64,000 bases of DNA from an uncultured delta proteobacterium (GTDB lineage: Bacteria > Desulfobacterota > RBG-13-43-22), in assembly GCA_963843145.1 (NCBI GenBank), contig CAWJJC010000028.1, positions 128,001 through 192,000 on the forward strand. The letters run 5' to 3'. The notes below the pieces were generated by a model. That model made no database searches, had not been told where the DNA came from, and was given only the letters and a program-made list of their open reading frames with translations. A program made the translations under genes and the position numbers. The stretch's first letter is position 1. Each line of letters begins with the position of its first letter. Positions 29,724 to 39,703 of this stretch are shown in pieces.

Positions 29724-31442
29724 ATGCTGGAACTGCTGCAAATCCAAAATCTTGCCCTCATCGAAAACCTGGATATTGTCTTCGGCCCCGGGCTTAACGT
29801 CCTTTCCGGGGAAACCGGGGCCGGGAAATCGATTATCATCAAGGCCGTGAACCTTCTTTTGGGGAATAAGGCGACGGCGGAGGTAATCCGTCAGGGGACG
29901 ACGGAAGCCAACGTTTCGGCCCTGTTTGTACTGGAAGCGGGTGACGGCCGGAAGGTCGGGCCGTCCTGCCCTGAATGTTCAGAGGAATCCCAGTTGCTGT
30001 TTCGTCGGAGCATCCAGGGCGCCGGTAAAAGCCGGGCTTGGATTAACGGCCAAGTCGCCGGTTTGACCCAATTGGCCCAGCAAACCCGAACCCTGATCAG
30101 CATTTCCAACCAGCATGAATATCAAACCCTATTAAACCCCAATCAGCATCTTTCTTTTCTGGACCGTTTTGCCGATCTGGAAGATCTTCGCCAGGAAGTC
30201 AGAGAAGGCTATGAGGAATTGGAAAGGCAGGTTCGTCTGCTGGAAAGGCTCAAGGAGGAGGCGCGGCAACGAAATGACTTGGTGGAACTCTGGAATTTCC
30301 AGCTCCGGGAAATTCGCCAGGCCCAACTCAAACCCGGAGAGGAACAGGAATTGCGCCGGCGCAAGGAGGTCATGCGTCAGGCTGAGAAGATCTGGGAAAA
30401 GATCCATCAGGCTCAGGAAATCTTGGAGGGTTCGGACCAATCCCTCTCCAATTTGCTGGGGCGGGTAAAGGAGCTGGTGCGGTCGGTAGCCGTCATTGAT
30501 CCCACCTTGGAAGCAAGCCGAGAAACCCTGGACCGCCTGGGAGTGGAACTGTCGGAAATTGGGATTGTCCTTCGCCAGTACGGCCAAGGGTTAATTTTCG
30601 ATCCCCGGACCCTGGAGGAGGTGGAGGACCGGCTCCAGCAGTTCCAGCGTTTAGCGGCCAAATACGGTCCAACCGCCGAAGCGATTTTGGATTATTCGGC
30701 CACTCTGGAAGGGCAGTTAAAAGAACTAGAGGACAGCGGCCAGCGCCGAGGCGCCTTGGAGCAGGCCGTGGAAGACCGGCGCCGGGACGTATTCGAAATT
30801 TCCGAAGGCCTCTCCGCCCGGCGCCGCGAAAGCGCCCGGCGCTTGATCCGCCTGGTGGAGGAGGAATTTAAGGAATTGGGCCTTGCCGGCTGTCGCTTTG
30901 AAATCCAATTTACCTCACCGTCATTTGATCCCAAAACCGAATCGGTATTTTCCTATGGGGGCCGACTGTTGACTCCGGAGGGCCTGGAAAAGGGGGAATT
31001 CCTGCTGGCCCCTAATCCCGGGGAAGGGCTTCGTCCGTTGGCCCGCATCGCTTCGGGGGGAGAATTGTCCAGGATCCTTCTGGTGCTTAAAGGATTGCTT
31101 TCCCAACGCGGAGTGACCGAAACCCTGATTTTTGACGAAGTGGATGCCGGTATCGGGGGTAGCCTGGGAGAAAAGGTCGGACGCAAACTGAAAGCCTTGG
31201 CCCGGATTCATCAGGTTTTATGCATCACCCATCTGCCGCAAATCGCCGCCTTTGCCGACAGCCACTATCAGGTCATAAAAAAAGTAAAAGCCAAACGCAC
31301 CTACACCGAGATAAAAGTTTTGAACGAAGAAGAGCGGTTGCTGGAATTGGCCCGGATGTTGTCCGGGACCGCCCCCTCGGAATCGACCAAAATCCTGGCC
31401 AGGGAATTGTTGAACAGGTCTCAGGAACCGACCGAGTATTGA
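29724..31442 (+). CDS. recN: DNA repair protein RecN
   Basis: LSGETGAGKS, ASGGELSR, IFDEVDAGIGG, ITHLPQIA; ATG at 29724. Confidence 0.95.
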   Translation: MLELLQIQNLALIENLDIVFGPGLNVLSGETGAGKSIIIKAVNLLLGNKATAEVIRQGTTEANVSALFVLEAGDGRKVGPSCPECSEESQLLFRRSIQGAGKSRAWINGQVAGLTQLAQQTRTLISISNQHEYQTLLNPNQHLSFLDRFADLEDLRQEVREGYEELERQVRLLERLKEEARQRNDLVELWNFQLREIRQAQLKPGEEQELRRRKEVMRQAEKIWEKIHQAQEILEGSDQSLSNLLGRVKELVRSVAVIDPTLEASRETLDRLGVELSEIGIVLRQYGQGLIFDPRTLEEVEDRLQQFQRLAAKYGPTAEAILDYSATLEGQLKELEDSGQRRGALEQAVEDRRRDVFEISEGLSARRRESARRLIRLVEEEFKELGLAGCRFEIQFTSPSFDPKTESVFSYGGRLLTPEGLEKGEFLLAPNPGEGLRPLARIASGGELSRILLVLKGLLSQRGVTETLIFDEVDAGIGGSLGEKVGRKLKALARIHQVLCITHLPQIAAFADSHYQVIKKVKAKRTYTEIKVLNEEERLLELARMLSGTAPSESTKILARELLNRSQEPTEY

Positions 31443-32179
31443 TGGCTTTACCCTCCGACTGCGCGATTAATCCCAAGAAATCCGGTCGTGAACCGGCCAT
31501 CGGCCCTTTGGCTATACTGGTGGCGGTTCCCGGGGACTTGAAAATGCTGAGCCAGACGATCCAGCCTCCAGGGGAACTCCGTTTCAAAAATCCCTGGCTG
31601 CGACTCTATCATTTACCGCACCCGCCCCGGACCCTGGCCTTGGCCGGACCGGTTCTGGGATCTCCGCAGGCGGTCATGGTGCTGGAGAAATTGATTGCCC
31701 TCGGGGCCCGGAGCGTGCTGCTCTTCGGCTGGACCGGCAGTCTGAAATCGGATTTGTTGCCGGGAGATCTCCTCCTCCCGGACTGGGCCGAAAGCGATGA
31801 GGGCACTTCCCGGCATTACACCCCCGAACCCAATCCCCGTGCCCATCCCCGGTTTTCGGCGGACCTGCGGAGGGCGCTGGACCACTCGGGCCTGTCTTAC
31901 CGCGTGGGCCCGGTCTGGACGACCGACGCTCCCTATCGGGAAACCTGGCCCAAGATCCGGGCCTGTCAGTCCCGAGGCATCTGGGGGGTCGACATGGAGA
32001 CTTCGGCTTTTTATACGGTGGGGGCCTTTCGCGGAATTAAAACCGCGGCCCTGCTGATGGTTTCCGATGAGCTCTCCGGCGCTACCTGGCGGCACGGCTT
32101 CAGAGATCCACGATTTCTAGATAGACGAAGGCAAATGGTCCGCTGGCTGCTGGAATGTTTTTCTCTTCTTCCCGCCTGA
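31442..32179 (+). CDS. Nucleoside phosphorylase (PNP/UDP family)
   Basis: DEGTSRHY, VWTTDAPYRET, VDMETSA, VSDEL; ATG overlaps the recN stop. Confidence 0.9.
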   Translation: MALPSDCAINPKKSGREPAIGPLAILVAVPGDLKMLSQTIQPPGELRFKNPWLRLYHLPHPPRTLALAGPVLGSPQAVMVLEKLIALGARSVLLFGWTGSLKSDLLPGDLLLPDWAESDEGTSRHYTPEPNPRAHPRFSADLRRALDHSGLSYRVGPVWTTDAPYRETWPKIRACQSRGIWGVDMETSAFYTVGAFRGIKTAALLMVSDELSGATWRHGFRDPRFLDRRRQMVRWLLECFSLLPA

Positions 32180-32258
32180 ACCAACACTTCCCTGGCATAA
32201 CCATTGCAGTTATTTGAGGTTGTTCAGTCTTTGAGGTGGATGTCCAGAATAAAATATA

Positions 32259-32353
32259 ATGGTAGCTTAGTCTGTAATCGGAGTTCCGTGGCCGCCGGGT
32301 CTCGGCGGCCATACCGGATTGGCGAGGGTCCCCACCCCAAAGGGCGAAGCGAC
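32259..32353 (-). repeat. ~95 bp dispersed element, copy B
   Basis: Inverted homolog of 27008-27103. Confidence 0.85.
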
Positions 32354-32414
32354 TTAATTGATTCGTAACAGAGGATAGCCTTGCAAAAGATACTCTTTTA
32401 GAGGGAGGTAGCTC

Positions 32415-33779
32415 ATGCAACCGGCAAGATTGGAAAGGAGTCTCAGACCGCTGACGGATGAAACAGCCCCGGCGGTGCGCCTGCAGAATGAATTATTGGC
32501 AGAGGCCGTCGATCGGGGAGCCAGTGACGTCCACTTGGAACCATTACCTCAAGCGGTTCAGGTTCGATTTCGGGTGGATGGCCTGCTGGTGCCCGGTCCG
32601 GTGCTCCCCAAGTCCCTCCAGGAATCCCTGGTTTCGCGTTTTAAGGTCACCTGCAACCTTAATATCAGCGAGAGACGCAATCCCCAGGATGGCAGCTTTC
32701 ACCGGGTGGTTCAAGGAAAACCGCTGGACCTGCGGGTCTCCTGCCTGCCGACCCTTTGGGGGGAGAAGGTGGTCATTCGGCTTCTCGGCGATTCCCGGGG
32801 GGTCCTGGGGCCAGAGCAACTGGGGATCCCTTCCCGGTCGCTTCAACGGGTAAAGGCCATGGTGGAACGGTCCCAGGGTATAATGCTGGTGGTCGGTCCG
32901 ACCGGGAGCGGGAAATCCACCACCCTGTACTCCCTGCTGCGTTCCATCCACCGTCCCAGAATTAATATTGTCACGATCGAAGATCCGGTGGAGTACCTCC
33001 TGGAGGGGATTAATCAGATTCAGGTGAATGAAAAAATTGGACTGACCTTTGCCTCGGTGCTCCGGTCGGTTTTACGCCAGGACCCCGATGTAATTATGGT
33101 CGGGGAAATCCGGGATGAAGAGACCGCCCAGATTGCCTTTCGGGCAGCCATGACCGGGCACCTGGTTTTGAGTACCCTCCATACCAATGACACCGTATCC
33201 ACCATTACCCGATTAACCGATTTGGGCCTGCCCCCGTACCTGATTTCTTCTTCACTGTTGGGAATCTTAGCGCAGCGCCTGGTCCGGAGGAACTGTCCCC
33301 AGTGCTTGACCCCTTACCGACCGGATCCGGAATTTCTGGAACGGTTTCACTTGTCCGGTTCGGCGGATCAGACCTTTTACCGCGGTCAGGGGTGTCAGGA
33401 ATGCCAAGGGCAGGGCGTCACCGGCCGGGAAGGGGTGTTTGAACTGTTGACCGTCACCCCGGCCATCAGGGAAGCGTTGCTTTCCCGGACTTCGGAAAAC
33501 GATCTCCGTTATCTGACCGCTCAGGAAGAGGTGGAACCTTTGCTGGCCACGGCCCTGCAAAAGGCCCGAAAGGGCTCGATCTCCCTGGAAGAGTTGCTGC
33601 GGGTGGTCCCTTATGATCTGGGGGCGCGCTGCTGTCCCCATTGTTTATACCCGCTGGAGCATTTTTATCTTTATTGCCCGCAATGCGCCCGGCCCCTGGT
33701 AAGGCGGTGCCGGGGGTGCGGAAAACGGTTACGGAAAAACTGGCGGGTATGTCCCTATTGCGGAGGGGAGGCGGTTTAA
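32415..33779 (+). CDS. GspE/PilB-family ATPase with C-terminal double zinc ribbon
   Basis: ASDVHLEP, GPTGSGKSTTLY, LRQDPDVIMVGEIRD, TGHLVLSTLH; four terminal CxxC. Confidence 0.92.
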   Translation: MQPARLERSLRPLTDETAPAVRLQNELLAEAVDRGASDVHLEPLPQAVQVRFRVDGLLVPGPVLPKSLQESLVSRFKVTCNLNISERRNPQDGSFHRVVQGKPLDLRVSCLPTLWGEKVVIRLLGDSRGVLGPEQLGIPSRSLQRVKAMVERSQGIMLVVGPTGSGKSTTLYSLLRSIHRPRINIVTIEDPVEYLLEGINQIQVNEKIGLTFASVLRSVLRQDPDVIMVGEIRDEETAQIAFRAAMTGHLVLSTLHTNDTVSTITRLTDLGLPPYLISSSLLGILAQRLVRRNCPQCLTPYRPDPEFLERFHLSGSADQTFYRGQGCQECQGQGVTGREGVFELLTVTPAIREALLSRTSENDLRYLTAQEEVEPLLATALQKARKGSISLEELLRVVPYDLGARCCPHCLYPLEHFYLYCPQCARPLVRRCRGCGKRLRKNWRVCPYCGGEAV

Positions 33780-34204
33780 AGATTTCGCAGACCCAGACCT
33801 TCTTCTTCGATGATTTCTTTCAGGACCTTGGTGGCGTGGTTTCGATCTTCAAAGTCCTTAAAGTGATTCAAAAATAACGGCTTAATCGCGGGGTATTGTT
33901 CTTTGGGAAAATAGCGGATCACCGGCACCAGTACCTGATCCGCTTTGAGAAAAAAATACAAAGTGATCTTATTGATTTCCACCTGGGGCAATCGCGAGCA
34001 CAAGGCCTCATGGGCCTCGTATTCCCGGCGGGAAATATAGAGGTAAATTTTTTCGTCGGACACGGTAAAATGGTACTGGCTGGCGACCATATATTTCCAG
34101 AGATCATACTCCGCTTGGGGGATAAACCGGACTTCCGGCCCGGAGGGACCGGGATCGGCTTTAGCCACCAGGCAATGAACCAGTTTAACGGCATCTTTGA
34201 ACAT
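33776..34204 (-). CDS. Hypothetical protein
   Basis: Long ORF with protein-like composition, convergent with the ATPase gene; no motif recognised. Confidence 0.6.
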   Translation of the reverse strand: MFKDAVKLVHCLVAKADPGPSGPEVRFIPQAEYDLWKYMVASQYHFTVSDEKIYLYISRREYEAHEALCSRLPQVEINKITLYFFLKADQVLVPVIRYFPKEQYPAIKPLFLNHFKDFEDRNHATKVLKEIIEEEGLGLRNL

Positions 34205-34414
34205 AAGCGCACCTTTCACTAAAAAGAAGCGTTATCCCCCATCCGGGGCGGGAACCGGAACCTCTCCCCTGGCCGACTCGTATTAATTAAACCATTTGTT
34301 CCAAATTAACAAGGAATAAAAAGAAGCGTATTCCTGCCGACCCTTGACTTTGAGCAGCAACTTGGGTTAGATGGACATTCAGCCTTTTATTATTTCTGGT
34401 CAGAAAGGAGGCCT

Positions 34415-35482
34415 ATGAAGGCCTTAGTACTCTCCGGCGGCAAAGGGACCCGTTTGCGTCCCATTACCCATACCATGGCCAAGCAACTGGTTCCGGTGGC
34501 CAACGAACCGATTCTGGGGTATGTTTTTCAGCACTTGATGGATGCCGGCATCAAGGAAGTGGGGGTGATCGTAGCTCCGGAAACCCAGGAGGATGTCCGC
34601 CGATTTTTGGGGGACGGCCGTCGCTGGGAACTGCGCATTACCTACATCCTCCAGGATCAGCCTCTGGGTCTGGCCCACGCGGTCAAAACCGGGCAGCCTT
34701 TCCTAGGCCAATCCCCTTTTGTCATGTACCTGGGGGATAATCTCTTGGCCGAGGGAATCAAAGGCTACCGGGAGCGGTTTCTGGAAGAAAAGTTGGACGC
34801 CTTCCTCTTCTTGAAGGAAGTGGACAATCCCAGCGCCTTCGGAGTGGCGGTTCTGGATAAAAAAGGGCGTATCACCCGCCTGATCGAAAAACCGAAGAAA
34901 CCGCCTTCCAATCTGGCCCTGGTGGGGATTTATTTTTTTTCGCCCCGGATCCACGAGGCCATCGCCCGGATCAAGCCCTCGGCCCGCGGGGAGCTGGAAA
35001 TCACCGATGCCATCCAGGAATTGATGAATATGAAAGGCCTGGTCAAGGGGCACAAACTGGAAGGCTGGTGGCTGGACACCGGCAAAAAGGATGATTTTCT
35101 GGCGGCCAATACCACGGTCCTGGACGATTACGTGAAACGGGACCTCTGCGGCGAATGTGATTCTCAAAGCCAGGTGACCGGACGGGTCCGCCTGGGAACC
35201 AAGGCCCGGGTAGTGAACAGCATTATCCGCGGTCCGGCGGTGATCGGCGAAGGGGCGGAGATCAGCGATTCCTTTATCGGGCCCTACACCACCATCGGTC
35301 CCCGCACCCGGATCATCCATTCCGTGGTGGAGCATTCGGTTATTTTGAATGACTGCCACATCGAGAATATCCCCCGCCTGGAGGACAGCCTCATAGGCCG
35401 GGAAAGCCGGATTACCCAGGGTAAAAACCAGTCCCAGGCCCTGAGGTTGATGGTGGGAGACAACGCGGTGGTGGAAGTCTAA
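34415..35482 (+). CDS. rfbA: Glucose-1-phosphate thymidylyltransferase (long form)
   Basis: LSGGKGTRLRPIT, PSARGELEITDA, WWLDTG, C-terminal hexapeptide repeats. Confidence 0.93.
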   Translation: MKALVLSGGKGTRLRPITHTMAKQLVPVANEPILGYVFQHLMDAGIKEVGVIVAPETQEDVRRFLGDGRRWELRITYILQDQPLGLAHAVKTGQPFLGQSPFVMYLGDNLLAEGIKGYRERFLEEKLDAFLFLKEVDNPSAFGVAVLDKKGRITRLIEKPKKPPSNLALVGIYFFSPRIHEAIARIKPSARGELEITDAIQELMNMKGLVKGHKLEGWWLDTGKKDDFLAANTTVLDDYVKRDLCGECDSQSQVTGRVRLGTKARVVNSIIRGPAVIGEGAEISDSFIGPYTTIGPRTRIIHSVVEHSVILNDCHIENIPRLEDSLIGRESRITQGKNQSQALRLMVGDNAVVEV

Positions 35483-35633
35483 GCCAAAAATTATTGAATT
35501 TTTGGCTAGAAATGGTCGAAATTCGAAGCACGAAACAAATTCTAAGGACGAAAATCCAAAAACCCCATGTTTAGAATTTTGATCATTTGAATTTTGAATT
35601 TGTTTCGGATTTCGTGCTTCGTATTTCGGATTT
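35482..35633. repeat. CCAAAAA palindrome (35482-35507) followed by an inverted heptamer repeat
   Basis: AGCCAAAAATTATTGAATTTTTGGCT, then CGAAATTCGAAGCACGAAAC...GTTTCGGATTTCGTGCTTCG. Confidence 0.75.
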
Positions 35634-35658
35634 AACCTTTAATCAGGGATAGATAAAC

Positions 35659-36694
35659 ATGGATCAAAACCATACTGGTTACCGGCGGCCTGGGGTTTAT
35701 CGGGTCCAATTTTATTCGTCTGTACCACCAGGCGCACCCGGAGGACCGGCTGGTCAATCTGGATAAGTTGACTTATTCCGCCAATCCGGAGAACCTTCGG
35801 GACCTAGGCTCCGAACCCTGGTACCAATTTGTGGAAGGGGATATCCTGGATGAAGCTCTGCTGAATCAACTGTTAGAGCGGGTTCCGGTCCAAACGGTTG
35901 TCCATTTCGCCGCCGAATCGCACGTGGACCGATCCATCCGGGGATCGAAAGAATTCATTCAAACCAATGTCCTGGGGACTCATACCCTGCTGGAGGTTTT
36001 TAAACGCTATTGGGAGGAAAAACTGGATAAGGCAGACGGTTTCCGTTTCCTGCACGTCTCCACCGATGAGGTTTACGGGGCCCTGGGCGCCGAGGGTATT
36101 TTTACCGAGGAAACTCCTTTCCGGCCCAACTCACCCTACTCGGCCAGTAAGGCCTCCGGAGATCTCTTAGCCCGGGCCTACGTTGAAACCTTCCACTTTC
36201 CGGTTTTGATCGTTCGACCATCCAATAATTATGGCCCTTACCAGTTTCCGGAAAAATTCATTCCCTTGATGGTCACCAATCTTTTGGAGGGCCAGCCGGT
36301 CCCGGTTTATGGCCGGGGTGAAAACGTTCGGGATTGGCTGTTCGTGGAAGACGCCTGCCGGGCCATCGATCGGATTCTTTCGGCCGGCCGGATCGGCGAG
36401 GCCTACAACGTGGGCGGAGAGTCGGAGCGAAAGAACATTGAAGTGGCCCGGGAAGTCTTGAAGACCCTGGGCCGGGGAGAGGAATGGCTGCGCTATGTGA
36501 CCGATCGACCGGGGCATGACCTGCGCTACGCCTTAAGCAACGAGAAGATCCGGCGGGAGATCGGCTGGCGCCCCACGGTGGAATTTTCAGCAGGGCTGGC
36601 GCAAACCGTTCAATGGTATCAGGAACACCCCGAATGGTGGCAGCCGCTCAAGAAGAAGCTGGCCCAGGAAAGCAAAGGATTTTGGAGTAAGTAA
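35659..36694 (+). CDS. rfbB: dTDP-glucose 4,6-dehydratase, extra base just after the start codon
   Basis: ATG-G-ATC AAA ACC ATA CTG.. (IKTILVTGGLGFIGSNF), FAAESHVDRS, STDEVYG, YSASK. Confidence 0.92.
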
Positions 36695-37554
36695 TGAGGA
36701 TCCTGGTGACCGGCGTACCCGGTTTACTCTCCGCTGACCTGATCCCCATCCTCCGGACCCGCCATGAAGTGGTCCCCTGTTCTCTCCCGGATCTGGATAT
36801 CACCGACCGGGAATCCGTTTTTAAGATCCTCCCGCATCACCTTCCTGATCTGGTCATCAACTGTGCCGGATATACCAACGTGGATGGAGCGGAAACTCAT
36901 TCGGAAGAGGCCCGCCGGGTCAATGCCCTGGGGGTTGGACACCTGGCCTTTTCCTGCCGGGATCTGGATATCCCTCTGTTGCAGATCAGTACGGATTATG
37001 TTTTTGACGGACAATCCGGCGTCCCCTACCGGCCCGAAGATCCCCCGCGACCCCTCAATGCCTACGGGCAAACCAAATGGGAGGGGGAAGGCCTGGTAAG
37101 CGGGTTGCTGAAAAAATACTTTATTGTCCGCACCAGTTCCTTATACGGAAGGAACGGTCCTAATTTCGTGCGGACCATCCTGGATAAGGCCCGTGGGGGA
37201 AGACCCTTTTCCGTAGTGACCGATCAGACCATGTCCCCCACCTGGGCCGTCAACCTCTCCCAGGGGATCCTGGTCTTAATCGAATCCCAAAAATACGGGA
37301 CCTATCATCTGACGGACCGGACCAACGGGGGAGTAAGCTGGTATGAATTCGCCCGGGCGATTTTAAACCTGATCGGGTCGAACCTGGAACTCCGGCCCAT
37401 TACCGCTCAGGAATTGAAAAGGCCGGCGATCCGGCCGGCCTTTTCCGTGTTGGACACCCGTCCATTGACCTCAGCCGTCGGCTTTCAGCCTCTTTTCTGG
37501 CGAGAGGCCCTGCAACAATTTATTTCCAGTCTGCCCAACCCTTCGGGTTTTTAA
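36694..37554 (+). CDS. rfbD: dTDP-4-dehydrorhamnose reductase
   Basis: NCAGYTNVD, ISTDYVFDG, YGQTK. Confidence 0.92.
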   Translation: MRILVTGVPGLLSADLIPILRTRHEVVPCSLPDLDITDRESVFKILPHHLPDLVINCAGYTNVDGAETHSEEARRVNALGVGHLAFSCRDLDIPLLQISTDYVFDGQSGVPYRPEDPPRPLNAYGQTKWEGEGLVSGLLKKYFIVRTSSLYGRNGPNFVRTILDKARGGRPFSVVTDQTMSPTWAVNLSQGILVLIESQKYGTYHLTDRTNGGVSWYEFARAILNLIGSNLELRPITAQELKRPAIRPAFSVLDTRPLTSAVGFQPLFWREALQQFISSLPNPSGF

Positions 37555-37592
37555 CCAAAAATTCGCATTCGCTGGGATCGAAGGAGGAAAAG

Positions 37593-38843
37593 ATGACACC
37601 GAACAACCCTTATGAGATCGCCCGGGAGCAGGTGGATATTGCCGGAAAACATTTGGAATTGAATCCGGGAATCCTGGATATGCTGAAGAGCACCAAACGG
37701 GAGGTGGTGGTCCACTTCCCGGTGAAGCTCGACGACGGATCTTTGAAAATTTTTACCGGCTACCGGGTGGTCCATAACCCGGCCCGGGGCCCGGCCAAGG
37801 GGGGGATCCGCTACCACCCGGACGTAAACCTGGATGAGGTGCGGGCGCTGTCCATGTGGATGACCTGGAAGACCGCCGTGGTTAACATCCCCTTCGGGGG
37901 GTCCAAGGGCGGAGTATGCTGCAATCCCAAGGAGATGTCGCTCCGGGAGATTGAGAATCTGACCCGGCGATTTACCTGGGAGATCGCCCCTTACATCGGC
38001 CCGGAAAGCGACATCCCGGCCCCGGATGTCTATACCAATCCCCAGGTCATGGCCTGGATCATGGATACCTACAGCATCCTGAAAGGCTATACGGTCCCGG
38101 GAGTGGTAACCGGGAAACCGGTCGAACTGGGTGGGTCCCTGGGGCGGCTGGAAGCCACCGGTAAAGGGGTTTTTATAACGGCCCGGGATGCGGCCCAACG
38201 GATCGGCATGCCCCTGGAGGGCGCGCGGGTGGTCATTCAAGGGGCCGGCAATGTGGGCGGGATCGCCGCCCGGAATTTCAGCCGGGCTGGATGCCGGGTC
38301 ATCGCCATCAGCGACACCAAGGGAGGTATCCATAATTCCTCGGGGCTGGATGTCGAAAAGGCCCTGGATTGCAAGGATCGCTCCCAATGCTTCCTGACCC
38401 GGGAACTGGAAGTGGAAGACATCCGGAATGAGGAACTCCTGGAACTGGAGTGCGATATCCTGGTGCCGGCGGCCCTGGAAAACCAGATCACGGAAAAAAA
38501 CGCCCCGCGCCTGAAATGCCGGATCATCGCCGAAGGAGCCAACGGCCCGACCACCCCTGCCGCGGATGAAATCCTTTTCGATCGGGGGGTCCTGGTCGTG
38601 CCCGACATCCTGGCCAACGCGGGGGGCGTCACCGTTTCATATTTCGAATGGGTTCAGAATCTTCAGGAGCTGTTCTGGAGCGAGGAAGAGGTTTATGACC
38701 GGCTCCAGAGGATTTTAAGCCGGGCATTTGCCGAAACCGATCAGATCTCCCGGCAGAAGAAGGTTTCCATGCGCACGGCCGCTTATATCCTGGGGATCCA
38801 GCGGGTGGCTAAGGCGATGGAACTGAGAGGGATTTATCCCTGA
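37593..38843 (+). CDS. gdhA: Glu/Leu/Phe/Val dehydrogenase (glutamate dehydrogenase)
   Basis: GPAKGGIRY, PFGGSKGG, DIPAPDV, EGANGP, NAGGVTVSYFEW. Confidence 0.93.
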   Translation: MTPNNPYEIAREQVDIAGKHLELNPGILDMLKSTKREVVVHFPVKLDDGSLKIFTGYRVVHNPARGPAKGGIRYHPDVNLDEVRALSMWMTWKTAVVNIPFGGSKGGVCCNPKEMSLREIENLTRRFTWEIAPYIGPESDIPAPDVYTNPQVMAWIMDTYSILKGYTVPGVVTGKPVELGGSLGRLEATGKGVFITARDAAQRIGMPLEGARVVIQGAGNVGGIAARNFSRAGCRVIAISDTKGGIHNSSGLDVEKALDCKDRSQCFLTRELEVEDIRNEELLELECDILVPAALENQITEKNAPRLKCRIIAEGANGPTTPAADEILFDRGVLVVPDILANAGGVTVSYFEWVQNLQELFWSEEEVYDRLQRILSRAFAETDQISRQKKVSMRTAAYILGIQRVAKAMELRGIYP

Positions 38844-39062
38844 AAGCAACCTGCGGTCACTATTTTTGATCAGGGTAATACGCAGGTTCTGAAAGGGTGG
38901 CCTGGGTTTTGGCCCGACCCCGACGGAAAACGAGTTTTTAAAACGAGGTGGCTGGCCGCAAGGGCACTTCGGGGTAAATCTGCCCGTGGCAAGGCGGCAT
39001 CGAGTTGTAGACCCAATCGATGTCCATGGTCGCCAGCGGCACTCCCTGGTAGCGAGCCCTGA

Positions 39063-39340
39063 CTCCAAAACTTCTTTTACGAACCAGGCCCGCCGCTCCA
39101 TCAGGCTTCACGAGCAGAAATTTTTGGCCAGAGGCACCCGACGGGCCGTCTTGGCGGAACGACCCGCGGAGCGTTTGCAGGAGGGCGTAGGTTTCCGGAA
39201 CGAGATAGTAGGTCATCTCGTTGAATTGTACATCCCAGGGGGTCCCGGTGGTCCAGGCCCTTCGGGCGCCCTGGAAATAATAGTCCCGCAACCACTGGAT
39301 CCTGGGTCACAACCCCTTGGGTTCCTTCAGGGAAGAAATA
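39063..39340 (-). pseudogene. Decayed fragment resembling the N-terminus of a deltaproteobacterial PFL-family glycyl radical enzyme
   Basis: KEPKGL*PRIQWLRDYYFQG..WTTGTPWD..YYLVPETY../..ERRAWFVKEV with stops and a frameshift; family call is from memory, not from a search. Confidence 0.45.
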
Positions 39341-39551
39341 TATCGGGGGCCGGTGGAAGGGTCCAAAAGCCTCCTGATCGGGGTATGAGATGACCCCTAA
39401 TAATTTTTATCTACAAGGCGACTCTGAGTCAAGACCAAAATAGATAGAAATCCCAATAAGCAGGAAAAATATTAATTGCAATAAATTCAATTACCTTAGT
39501 CTGCTGATCCCTTCGGGACGCCTCCTGAGAGACTTTCTGAAATAATAACTT

Positions 39552-39579
39552 TTGACTTTGTGAATTATCGGTCTATAGT
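39552..39579 (+). promoter_or_regulatory. Possible sigma70 promoter
   Basis: TTGACT-N16-TATAGT. Confidence 0.5.
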
Positions 39580-39634
39580 AATATTATACGCATATATTGA
39601 ATCTGCGTTCCAAACAGGATGCGAAAGTTTTTTA

Positions 39635-39672
39635 GCCCTCCAGTTCGTATTCGAACCGGGGGGTTTTTTTTT
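39635..39672 (+). terminator. Terminator-like hairpin upstream of the DUF3553 gene
   Basis: GCCCTCCAGTTCG-TATT-CGAACCGGGGGG followed by T9. Confidence 0.6.
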
Positions 39673-39703
39673 GAGGCAATTTAAAAAGGATGAGGTAAAA
39701 AAA

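Noticed and set aside
39307-39309. Second possible selenocysteine UGA
   Set aside because: Lies in a fragment with another stop and a frameshift; pseudogene decay is the simpler explanation.
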